Origin: Candidatus Bathyarchaeia archaeon
GTDB taxonomy: Archaea; Thermoproteota; Bathyarchaeia; 40CM-2-53-6
DNA: 64,000 bases
Assembly: GCA_050013255.1 (NCBI GenBank)
Contig: JBEKFP010000002.1
Span: 448,001 to 512,000, forward strand
Direction of reading: 5' to 3'
This document shows positions 30,629-38,806 of the stretch, in pieces. Each line of letters opens with the position of its first letter. Positions within the stretch are counted from its first letter, which is position 1. Under the pieces are notes generated by a model. It had not been told where the DNA came from. It saw only the letters and a list, made by a program, of their open reading frames with translations, and did not search any database. A program made the position numbers and the translations under genes.

Positions 30629-30832
30629 ATGAAGGGGCGACGGTTGTTTGTGGCCATCGACTTCTCAAAGTATAGAGGCAGATATGTCGCCCTAGTTAGA
30701 AGAGAGATTGTTGCTAGTGGTAGGGACGCGGAAAAAGTTTGGTTGGAAGCCAAGAAGAAATATCCGCAGGCCCAACCTGAATTACTTAAAGTTTCGAAAG
30801 GCGAAACGCTCGTGCTTATCGTATGCGGATAA
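30629..30832 (+). CDS. DUF5678-like small protein
   Basis: KYRGRYVALV..EIVASG.D..V..EAKKKYP. Confidence 0.8.
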   Translation: MKGRRLFVAIDFSKYRGRYVALVRREIVASGRDAEKVWLEAKKKYPQAQPELLKVSKGETLVLIVCG

Positions 30833-31221
30833 GCTTCCCTTACTTGAAAGAACAGTCGCGCATTTTCGGAGTAGTCACCCGCCCCATCGCGAGAGTGATC
30901 CTACAGCGAAAGTATCCGCAATGGATGTATGTCGACTCGGGGGCAGATATCTCACTGATCCCTCTGTCTGTTGGCCGACTGATTGGGCTGACTCGAACAA
31001 GAGAAGACAGGCTCCAGAGAATATTCGGAGTCAGTCAATCTTCCGTTTCAATAATCGTGAAGAAGGTATCAATGCGTATTGGGTCGTCAGAATTCAACGC
31101 TAGAGTCGCTTGGAGCCAGGTCGAAGAGGTCCCTCTGCTTCTGGGCAGAATGGACGTGTTTCCCAGATTCAGTGTGATATTCAAAGAAAGAAATCAATTA
31201 ACCACCTTTTCAACGAGCTAG
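30823..31221 (+). CDS. Retropepsin-like (clan AA) aspartyl protease
   Basis: VDSGADIS and LLGRMDVF. Confidence 0.85.
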   Translation: MRISFPYLKEQSRIFGVVTRPIARVILQRKYPQWMYVDSGADISLIPLSVGRLIGLTRTREDRLQRIFGVSQSSVSIIVKKVSMRIGSSEFNARVAWSQVEEVPLLLGRMDVFPRFSVIFKERNQLTTFSTS

Positions 31222-31227
31222 ACCCAG

Positions 31228-31476
31228 TCAGTGCGAATCCCTCATCTTGTCTAGGAGGCGTTTCATCTCCCCAGGGCTGGAGCACTCGGATCCGCTACCG
31301 GCTAAGTCGACTGTGCTTGGTTTGGGTTTCAGGAGTATGCCTGAACCTGAGTTGATTACTTCCAGTCGCGTACCCTCCCTGACCAAATACTTCTTCCTCA
31401 CTCTGACGGGGATAGTTACTCGTCCCTTTCTGGTAACGAGTACTTCTTCGTTGGTTCTGTTAACTTGTCGGCGCAT
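31228..31476 (-). CDS. AbrB/MazE/SpoVT antitoxin (orphan), N-terminus derived from an IS end
   Basis: VTRKGRVTIPVRVRKKY..EGTRL..DLAGS. Confidence 0.85.
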   Translation of the reverse strand: MRRQVNRTNEEVLVTRKGRVTIPVRVRKKYLVREGTRLEVINSGSGILLKPKPSTVDLAGSGSECSSPGEMKRLLDKMRDSH

Positions 31477-31501
31477 GTTGACTCACCGGTTTCGTTAACT
31501 C
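31453..31501. mobile_element. 49-bp remnant of the same IS6-like element
   Basis: GGTTCTGTTAACTTGTCGGC identical to the MITE left end; 8-bp repeat TCTTCGTT at 31445-31452 and 31502-31509. Confidence 0.8.
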
Positions 31502-31559
31502 TCTTCGTTCATGGCACAAGGCACTACCAATGGAAGGGCAGTACATAGGGGGTTGCGGG

Positions 31560-31591
31560 GCGATAAGTAACATGGTTTACTTCAAAACAGG
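31560..31591. repeat. dif-like recombination site B
   Basis: GCGATAAGTAA CATGGT TTACTTCAAAA CAGG; AAGTAA-N6-TTACTT dyad. Confidence 0.7.
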
Positions 31592-31730
31592 GGAGGCCGC
31601 CATCGTACGCAGCAACTGCAGTTAGAAGTTAACCGTCCCGTGTTGGTCCTCCCCCTGAAATTTTCGAAACTGCGAGCGCTAGAATGTACGCATCATTCTC
31701 GATAGGTACAGTCTAAATTTGCATGCACCA

Positions 31731-31983
31731 TCATTCATAGACAGCTCGCCTGTGGCCCACGGTGAGCAGAATCACCTTGTCGTCTGAAACTAAGTAAATT
31801 ACACGGTAACGGCCGATCCTGAGGGAATACTTTCCTTCCCATTGGCCCCTGAGAAGTTTTCCCGCGTGCGGATTTTCCTCAAGCACATGTACTTCGGAGA
31901 ATTCTGATTTGTGTTTGTCGATCTAGGTCTTTGAGTCTACGCCCGAAGCGTGGAGCGAACTCAAGCCTGAACTTGGCCTTCAA
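31731..31983 (-). pseudogene. RelE/ParE toxin with frameshift
   Basis: MKAKFRLEFAPRFGRRLKDLDRQTQIRILR / EVHVLEENPHAGKLLRG..YSLRIGRYRVIY..VGHRRAVYE; 253 nt, consistent with a 2-nt deletion. Confidence 0.9.
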
Positions 31984-32170
31984 GACCAAGCTCCTTTACA
32001 AGTTCTAAGAAGGGCCTCGTTCTTCCTTCCTTCACTTCAGTGAGCGCGTCTTCGATGTCTCGCACCAGTTCTTTATCGCCGCTAACTTCCATGGTTTCGA
32101 CGAGTTCCTCCATCAGCCTACTAGCCTTCATGAGGAGCTCCTTTTCTTCAATCGTTAGTAAGCTAGTCAT
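31961..32170 (-). CDS. Antitoxin (RelB-like)
   Basis: Acidic; ELVETMEV..DKELVRDIEDAL.EVKEGRTRPF; overlaps the relE start. Confidence 0.85.
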   Translation of the reverse strand: MTSLLTIEEKELLMKASRLMEELVETMEVSGDKELVRDIEDALTEVKEGRTRPFLELVKELGLEGQVQA

Positions 32171-32408
32171 GGCAGGCTACCTAATACTACCCTGTGCGCC
32201 CAGCTACATATTCATTCTCCATGCCGCCAACGCAGTTCGGGACATCACGCTACTCTCAGAGGAAGAATTGGAATTCTCGATAGGTTACAGTTGCACGCAC
32301 CACATGCAGTTCTTCGTCTTCGTGCCGTCGGCCGCTTCAACTTCGGCGAGGGAATAGTGGCAGTAGGGACAATAATCCAAGTTGCAGGGCCTCGTGCCTA
32401 GTTGGCTA

Positions 32409-32440
32409 GCGATGAGTAACATGGTTTACTTCAAAACAGG
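32409..32440. repeat. dif-like recombination site C
   Basis: GCGATGAGTAA CATGGT TTACTTCAAAA CAGG; 31/32 identical to site B. Confidence 0.7.
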
Positions 32441-32465
32441 CGACCCCTCCCTCAACCGCTGTCGG

Positions 32466-32759
32466 GCGCAGAACAGTTACCGGTTAACCAACTCGAATAG
32501 TCCGCACCATAATCCACACTACCAAAAAAACAGCAAAACAGGCCCGGTCTGACTCAGAAAACTGAGTCACCCCCCCCTGGGGGGTCCTCCAAGCGTGCGC
32601 ACGCAGGCCGCGGGGGATGCCTAGCCTATGTTATACAGCCCCAACTAGGTGCTTCCACGTGGCTGGGTAGGTTCCCCCACCTTCAGTGGCTTGCGCGAAT
32701 CGCGCAGAACAGTTACCGATTAACTCGACAACCTATCCTACCGAATGCGTGTGGTAGTG
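32466..32759 (+). other. Structured non-coding element with 23-bp direct repeats
   Basis: GCGCAGAACAGTTACCGRTTAAC at 32466 and 32702; several hairpins between them. Confidence 0.5.
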
Positions 32760-32783
32760 CAGGAAACTAAAGCAGCTACGGGC

Positions 32784-33071
32784 CTAAGTTTTCTTTTTTC
32801 TGCTTCGGCTTGGCTTTTTCGCCGGAGTGTTCGAACTCACGGGTTCTGTGTCTAGCGGCGCCGGCGGGGGCGTTGTAAGCATCGTCCAACCAATCCAAGC
32901 TGAGATCACGAGAACGAGGAGGACGAAGAGTAGGACGGGTATCCCAATCGCCCAATCATGCCAGTAAGCTGGAAGCCCTACGAACGGGGCGAAGAACGCA
33001 AGAAGATACACGATCGCGACGATAAGCGATACTATGAAAATTGCGAAGCCGTAACCTTGATCCTTACTCAT
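32784..33071 (-). CDS. Conserved archaeal two-TM protein
   Basis: MSKDQ..G, WIGWTMLTTPPPAP motif, basic tail. Confidence 0.85.
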   Translation of the reverse strand: MSKDQGYGFAIFIVSLIVAIVYLLAFFAPFVGLPAYWHDWAIGIPVLLFVLLVLVISAWIGWTMLTTPPPAPLDTEPVSSNTPAKKPSRSRKKKT

Positions 33072-33180
33072 GGAGGTTCAAGCTCGAACCGGAATTAACT
33101 TCGGTCACAATATAAGCTTTAACAAAGCTGCCTTCAAGATATTTAAATCCTGAACGACAAACTACGTAACAGAGTAGGGT

Positions 33181-33453
33181 ATGACTAGCGTAACTGAATT
33201 GCAGCATAGAATCCAGAAGACGCGACAGTACCTACATAGGCTGGAGACTGAACTACATCGAGTCGAGTATCCATCGCCAACAAGAAGAGAGTCGGAAGAG
33301 CAGAGGACTAGAAGATTGGAAACCGAGTTCAACCGTGAGTATCCTAACATGGTAATTGAGAGGAGCGTACTCAAGCTCGTTGGTAGCCTTCCGAATCGTG
33401 GAAGCGATAGCAAACTAATAGCCCAAGCAATTGTCGAAAAATATGCAAAATGA
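33181..33453 (+). CDS. Putative antitoxin (VapB-like)
   Basis: Coiled N-terminus, LKLVGSLP..DSKLIAQAIVEKY; overlaps a PIN remnant. Confidence 0.65.
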   Translation: MTSVTELQHRIQKTRQYLHRLETELHRVEYPSPTRRESEEQRTRRLETEFNREYPNMVIERSVLKLVGSLPNRGSDSKLIAQAIVEKYAK

Positions 33454-33600
33454 ACCGCCCTTTGTAGACGCAAACATCTTCCTAGATGTCGCGAGAAGGC
33501 GGAAAGGTCACAAAGAGAATCAGGAAGACCACAGATGACGAGATGTTGAAGAGAGTTGAAAGAGTTGAAATTTGTTCCCCTTGCGAGGCTGATGCTCTTC
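33443..33600 (+). pseudogene. PIN/VapC toxin with internal deletion
   Basis: MQNEPPFVDANIFLDVARRR then, in another frame, TTDDEMLKRVERVEICSP. Confidence 0.65.
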
Positions 33601-33622
33601 CAACAAGCACACAGCTGGGAAC

Positions 33623-35470
33623 TCAAGTTAATTGCTTGTAGCCGGGTCTCTGGCTGATTAGGGTTGGGAGCTTCTGCGACATAACCGGATAACCCGCACT
33701 GTGACCGACTATTTCGTTCACCAATTCCGGAAGCCCAACGTTGTACCGTTTCCCGTCCGTCCTCCGCCGAACCGCGAGCATTTGCGTCTCAACTTCACGC
33801 TTACCCACAACCGCAACGTAAGGTATCCAGTTAAGCTCAGCATCCCGCACACGCCTGTCCAAGCTTTCATCTCGGTCATCAATGTCGGCTCTAACATGTG
33901 AAGCGGCCAATTGGTCGGCGAGTTTCTGGGCATGCTCCAGGAACTCAGGCTTGACGGGGATCAGTCGAATCTGGGAAGGCGACAGCCACAGCGGTAGGCT
34001 TGGTTTCCCTCCCAGTTTCTCCGTTCTCGCACACTGGTCTAGCACCGTGAAAAGGTAACGTTCAACCGAGCCGATGACGGCCGTGTGGATTATTGGCGGA
34101 AACTGTTTCGCACCTTTCTCATCGACGTACGAGATGGCGAAACGTTTCGCGTTCCCCATATCGATTTGAAACGTTGCGATCTCCCTCGGCCTTTCAAGCT
34201 CGTCAATTATGTGGTACTCTATGTTGAGAACCCAGTAGTAGATACCCTCAGGGACAAAGTTGAGCAGCGCCGGCTTCCCCTCCCGCTTCACAAGTTTCAT
34301 CACGTAATCTTTGTGTGAGTCCAGGAAGCTCTGAGTGATGTTATACACTGAAACATAATCCCTGCCGAGTTTCCCAATTTCCTCGTAAATTTTATCATGT
34401 AATTTGAGGGTGACCTCCTTCGCATCTTCGAGGTTTCTGCAGTAGATGTGGCAGTCGGGCATGTGCAATTTCCTTAACCTAAACGAAAGCAGAAGCTCAC
34501 CGCTCTGCTCCAGGCGGTATGAGTCAGCCACTTCGAAAGTCCCGAAGGGCAAGTGCCTGTAGCTCAAGGTCCAATTCCTCACGGCTGCAAACTGCTGGTG
34601 GCAGGCGGCGTATCTCATCACGAAACTCTTGTTCTCCACCTCAAGCCGGTAAAGCCTCGAACCGAAGAGGTCTGCGTGTTCCTTCACGGCTGGGACGGCT
34701 AGGTCGAACATGTTCGTGCCCTTTACCTGCAGGATCGGTAATCCAACCGAGCTCAATACACTCCACGAATATTCGCTGATGAGGTCAAAGATCATTACAC
34801 CCTCAGGGTTGTAACGCATGTGGCCTACGTCGGAGAAGTTCTCCCATTCGATTCCAAACTTCTTGCAGTATTCGAGGTAACGCGGTTCCCCTCCCGGCAA
34901 CGCCTTCTTGAGGGCCTCCTTCTCTACGAGGATGCGGAACTCCTCTTCGCCAGGCTTGAACACGTACTCCTCGGGGTCGTAGAGTTTTCCGTCCAGTGCC
35001 AGAACCTTATAGTAAGTCTTGATCGGTGCAGGTTCCGCCTTTGCCTGCTCAGGCCTAATTGTTCTGGATAATTCGGAGAGCGGATGGCCAAGGCAGTGAA
35101 GGCTAAAACTCTTGTAGTATCCGAACGGACTACGGTGTACTTCGAAACTCATCTCGCTCAGAAATCTGCTTAACTGCTCAAGAACAGAAATCGCAACGGC
35201 CGCGGAAGCAAGACTGCTTGAGAGGTGCGCGTAAGGGTATACCAGTATACGGTTCGCGTTTACGGACCTTGCAACCTCAGCGATGGATTCAGTAGCCTTC
35301 CTGACAACTTCACCGGGATTCTGTTCATCCTCCTTCTCAATAGTCGAAAAGGCCACAAGCACATTCTCAAACTTACCAGCTCGGTTGTCCTGTAGGGGTT
35401 CCGGGTTCTTGACAGCCGTCTGGCGGACCTCGTACTCGAACGATTCGCAATGAAGTAATAGAAGCCTCAA
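33623..35470 (-). CDS. thrS: Threonine--tRNA ligase, archaeal type
   Basis: N-terminal editing domain YPYAHLSS..HPLSELSR; RYAAC, IIHTA..GSVER, anticodon-binding domain. Confidence 0.97.
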   Translation of the reverse strand: MRLLLLHCESFEYEVRQTAVKNPEPLQDNRAGKFENVLVAFSTIEKEDEQNPGEVVRKATESIAEVARSVNANRILVYPYAHLSSSLASAAVAISVLEQLSRFLSEMSFEVHRSPFGYYKSFSLHCLGHPLSELSRTIRPEQAKAEPAPIKTYYKVLALDGKLYDPEEYVFKPGEEEFRILVEKEALKKALPGGEPRYLEYCKKFGIEWENFSDVGHMRYNPEGVMIFDLISEYSWSVLSSVGLPILQVKGTNMFDLAVPAVKEHADLFGSRLYRLEVENKSFVMRYAACHQQFAAVRNWTLSYRHLPFGTFEVADSYRLEQSGELLLSFRLRKLHMPDCHIYCRNLEDAKEVTLKLHDKIYEEIGKLGRDYVSVYNITQSFLDSHKDYVMKLVKREGKPALLNFVPEGIYYWVLNIEYHIIDELERPREIATFQIDMGNAKRFAISYVDEKGAKQFPPIIHTAVIGSVERYLFTVLDQCARTEKLGGKPSLPLWLSPSQIRLIPVKPEFLEHAQKLADQLAASHVRADIDDRDESLDRRVRDAELNWIPYVAVVGKREVETQMLAVRRRTDGKRYNVGLPELVNEIVGHSAGYPVMSQKLPTLISQRPGYKQLT

Positions 35471-35552
35471 AGAATCCAACACTCATAGTGGCATGTGGGA
35501 ACTGCAGGAGATTAACATAGGTTGAACATCTCTTTTCTGGAACGCAGCTTCA

Positions 35553-35759
35553 TTAGGCTGAGAATCGCCACTTGTCTAGCTGACGGTCTTTCCGCGTCAG
35601 CTTCTTGAATTCCCGGTAATGGGTCTTGCACAGATAAGCTCTGCGAGCACCCCCAATATTGAGCCCACTGTGTGAGACTTTTTCAGTTGAGATGGACCGG
35701 AGAGCAGCGGCAGTACACCCTACGACGCTGCATTTCTGTCCCTTGTTCACTTTGCCCAT
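35553..35759 (-). CDS. Small conserved Zn-binding basic protein
   Basis: MGKVNKGQKCSVVGC..YLCKTHYREFKK. Confidence 0.75.
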   Translation of the reverse strand: MGKVNKGQKCSVVGCTAAALRSISTEKVSHSGLNIGGARRAYLCKTHYREFKKLTRKDRQLDKWRFSA

Positions 35760-35920
35760 GGACATCGCACTAAGAAAAACAGCATCCTGCTTGAAAAACT
35801 TGGTTTCGCTGCCTGGAGGAACCGATGGCATTCGACGCAATGCTCGAGTGGAAAAACGTTCTACACCCCGGGGGATAGAGACAAAGGGGAGAGGGACAAT
35901 AATGTTAGGGAAACCGAATA

Positions 35921-36934
35921 ATGGGGCACCAGCGATTGAAGCGTTCAACGAAGCTCTTTGAAAGACTCTTGGATTCTGACGTGAAAGTGAAGTTACTGAC
36001 ACTCTTTCATAACGACCCAGAGCTGTCCGACACAGTGGAAGGGCTGGCGAGCAGGGTCGGGGCAGATTTGACAGAGGTGAGAAGGTGCACCGAGGACCTA
36101 TTAGAGCTGCGGCTGCTGAAGAGGTCAGAATATTACACCTTCAGCCCAAGCCGGGACAAAGAGATTCAGGACGCAATTTCAAAACAACTCGACTTGGGAG
36201 AGTCCTCCGTTCCTCAGGAGATCTTGTCAGAAAAGGAGCGGATCCCTACTGGCGTGGATGTTCTCGATGGCCTACTGCCCGATGGCTTACCCGCTTCACT
36301 GGCAGTCCTGATTCTGAGTGAATCAAGTTGCGGTGACGAGAACCTTCTGGCTCACTTTGTTGCGAAGCATACGGAAACAAATCAAGTCGTGTACGTAACG
36401 TTTGATAACTTCCCCGATAACATCAGGCAACTTGTAGACGCAATTCGACACGGGAAAGGCGCCCAACGGTCGAAGCTAACTTTCATTGATTGCTATTCTA
36501 AGAACGTCGGCCTGGAAGGTTCTGAAGAACATGCGTTGATTCCAGAAGACCTACCGGCAATTAATATCGCATTGTCGGAGATGACTAGTAGAAGAGGCGT
36601 TTCACTCGTCGTAGTTGACTCCCTTGACACGGTTATACGAAAGAGGGATGTTCGCTCTGCAATTGAGTTTCTTCATAGCTTGGTCGCCCGCGCGCGTCAA
36701 TCTGGATATCTGTGTCTAGTAAACCTGAACGGGAAGGCTTTTCATTCAGCCGTCGTCGCAGCTGCCATGGACATTGTAGATGGTGTTATCCAACTCAGGG
36801 TTGACGAGGGACAACAGCAACTTGCGCGTTCACTCAGAATTTTCAAAATGCCCGTCAGGCACCTCTCGAAGTGGATGGAGTACGAGATTTCTGATGAGGG
36901 CGAATTCGTACGAGTCCAGCAAAAAACGGTGTAG
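35921..36934 (+). CDS. wHTH fused to a KaiC/RAD55-like domain with degenerate P-loop
   Basis: IPTGVDVLD, SESSCGDE in place of GxxGxGKT, IDCYS, VVDSL, DGVIQL. Confidence 0.85.
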   Translation: MGHQRLKRSTKLFERLLDSDVKVKLLTLFHNDPELSDTVEGLASRVGADLTEVRRCTEDLLELRLLKRSEYYTFSPSRDKEIQDAISKQLDLGESSVPQEILSEKERIPTGVDVLDGLLPDGLPASLAVLILSESSCGDENLLAHFVAKHTETNQVVYVTFDNFPDNIRQLVDAIRHGKGAQRSKLTFIDCYSKNVGLEGSEEHALIPEDLPAINIALSEMTSRRGVSLVVVDSLDTVIRKRDVRSAIEFLHSLVARARQSGYLCLVNLNGKAFHSAVVAAAMDIVDGVIQLRVDEGQQQLARSLRIFKMPVRHLSKWMEYEISDEGEFVRVQQKTV

Positions 36935-37095
36935 AAGGGCCAAAACAGATTCGAGAACGTTTGCCAAATTTCATGCGACGCTAGGCAGATTATGCTAAAC
37001 CAGTTAACTCGGCGCTGTATCAGTTTAACAGATACCTGTAGGTCCTGCACAGAAATCATTTATTCGACTCAAGTTGCCAATCGCAATGATCGGTC

Positions 37096-37842
37096 TTGAG
37101 CAAACTCGTTCCCAGAACTCGCACTGGAATCGCTGGCCTTGACGAAGTGCTTGGCGGCGGTCTCCCCCAGGGGCGTATCGTATTATTGCTGGGAGAGCCT
37201 GGGGCAGGTAAAACGATCTTATGTGCACAGTTCCTGTATAACGGCATTAACAAGTTCGGTGAGAATGGTCTTTTCGTTAGCCTGGAGGAAAGCAGAGGTC
37301 ATTTCATTCGAGAGATGACCGCACTTGGTCTGGATTTCGCCTCGCTGGAGAAAGCAGGAAAGTTCGCCTTTGTCGACGCTTCCCCAATTCGAACGGTCCC
37401 CGCAGAAGTTAAGCTGGGCAAGGTTACGATTGGCAAACAAGATTTCTCTCTAATTAGCTTGCTCGAACTGATCAATACGAGAGCGAAAGCTATTGGTGCC
37501 GTGAGAATTGTCGTGGACCCTGTCTCTCTTCTGATTTTTCAGTTTGCTGACGAAACACAGCGCCGAAAAGCAATCCTAGACTTGGTTGAAGCCTTGTCAG
37601 AAACAGGCGCGACGTGCGTTCTCGCGTCGGAACTCCGGCAGGTAGGTATGAAGAGCAGAACAGTACAGATCGAGGAATACCTAGTCCATGGGGTAATCAT
37701 CATGCAGGCAGTCGTCTCTGGTAGGCTCATGGAGCGAGTAATAAGAGTGGAAAAGATGCGAGAAACACAGATTGAACAACAGCCAAGACTCTACCGCATT
37801 ACAGAGAAAGGCATCGAAGTTTATCCCCGAGAGAACGTCTAG
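37096..37842 (+). CDS. KaiC/RAD55-family ATPase
   Basis: TGIAGLDEVLGGG, GEPGAGKT, SLEE, VEKMRET. Confidence 0.92.
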   Translation: MSKLVPRTRTGIAGLDEVLGGGLPQGRIVLLLGEPGAGKTILCAQFLYNGINKFGENGLFVSLEESRGHFIREMTALGLDFASLEKAGKFAFVDASPIRTVPAEVKLGKVTIGKQDFSLISLLELINTRAKAIGAVRIVVDPVSLLIFQFADETQRRKAILDLVEALSETGATCVLASELRQVGMKSRTVQIEEYLVHGVIIMQAVVSGRLMERVIRVEKMRETQIEQQPRLYRITEKGIEVYPRENV

Positions 37843-38200
37843 AAACATACTCAATCGCATACTACGCGTGGCAGTTTTCTACAGCCATCTTAGGGATCAC
37901 AAAGTGAAATGCTTCATTCATTCCGCTAGGTATTTTGAGACCAGCGCTCGAATCCAGTCTGACACAGAACTAATGAAGGGCGTTGTGACACTCGGATCGT
38001 AGCTGAGAACAACTACCAGCTTCTCGATGCTTAGGAAAACGAGATGAACTTCCGCATATCTGATTGTTACAGATTCTAAAGCGCCGTTAAATGACTGAGC
38101 CTCTCAGCCGAATCGACGAAGATTGGTGCCATAAGTTGAACCCAGTTTCGGTCAGTTTCAGCGAAACGTCCATAAAGTTTGCACATTGAGTTGTAGTTCA

Positions 38201-38806
38201 GTGTCTGCGTTGCTGGGCAAGCTAAGAGCAAAGTACGAGGTAGCAATGCGTCCTATCGGCCTCAGGCTAGGCAAGGCCGGGGTACGGCCAAACACCATAA
38301 CAACCGTTAGCCTTCTAGTTTCCTTTCTAGCTGCTGCTGCCTACCTCCTAAGATCACCTATCCTTGGGGCTGTTGGACTCGCAGCGGCGGGATTAGTGGA
38401 CATGCTCGATGGAGCCGTAGCACGAGCAACAGGTTCTGCGAGCAAATTCGGGGCCGTTTACGATCATGTGTTGGACAGGTATGCGGAGTTCGCCGTCCTG
38501 TTAGGCATGGGCCTGGGGGGACTAGTTGACTGGCCGTGGATTGTCTTCGGGTTGTTTGGAATGGTAATGGCTAGCTACGCAAGGGCGAAAGCGGAATCAG
38601 TTGGGGGCCTTTCAAGCTGTACAGTTGGTGTCGCCGAACGTCAGGAAAAAATAGCGTTGTTACTAGTGGGTTCTTTACTTCAACCCTTTATCGGCATTGC
38701 ACTTACAGCCGCCGTTGCCATCGCAGGTCTATTGTCTCACGTTACCGTTGTTCAGAGGCTCTGGTATACTTTCAAAAATGCGCGAGGCTCGAAGATTGCC
38801 CTTTGA
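38201..38806 (+). CDS. CDP-alcohol phosphatidyltransferase (archaetidylinositol-phosphate synthase-like)
   Basis: DMLDGAVAR..FGAVYDHVLDR, SYARAKAE. Confidence 0.9.
   Translation: MSALLGKLRAKYEVAMRPIGLRLGKAGVRPNTITTVSLLVSFLAAAAYLLRSPILGAVGLAAAGLVDMLDGAVARATGSASKFGAVYDHVLDRYAEFAVLLGMGLGGLVDWPWIVFGLFGMVMASYARAKAESVGGLSSCTVGVAERQEKIALLLVGSLLQPFIGIALTAAVAIAGLLSHVTVVQRLWYTFKNARGSKIAL

Noticed and set aside
32190-32400. Cys-rich ORF fragments (CPYC..CMWC) on the minus strand
   Set aside because: Broken frames with no clear start; at most a decayed Zn-ribbon gene.
29130-32724. CRISPR array or integron attC array as explanation of the island repeats
   Set aside because: Repeats are hundreds of bp apart with no spacer periodicity. 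No convincing RYYYAAC..GTTRRRY short palindromes follow the genes, and there is no cas or intI gene.
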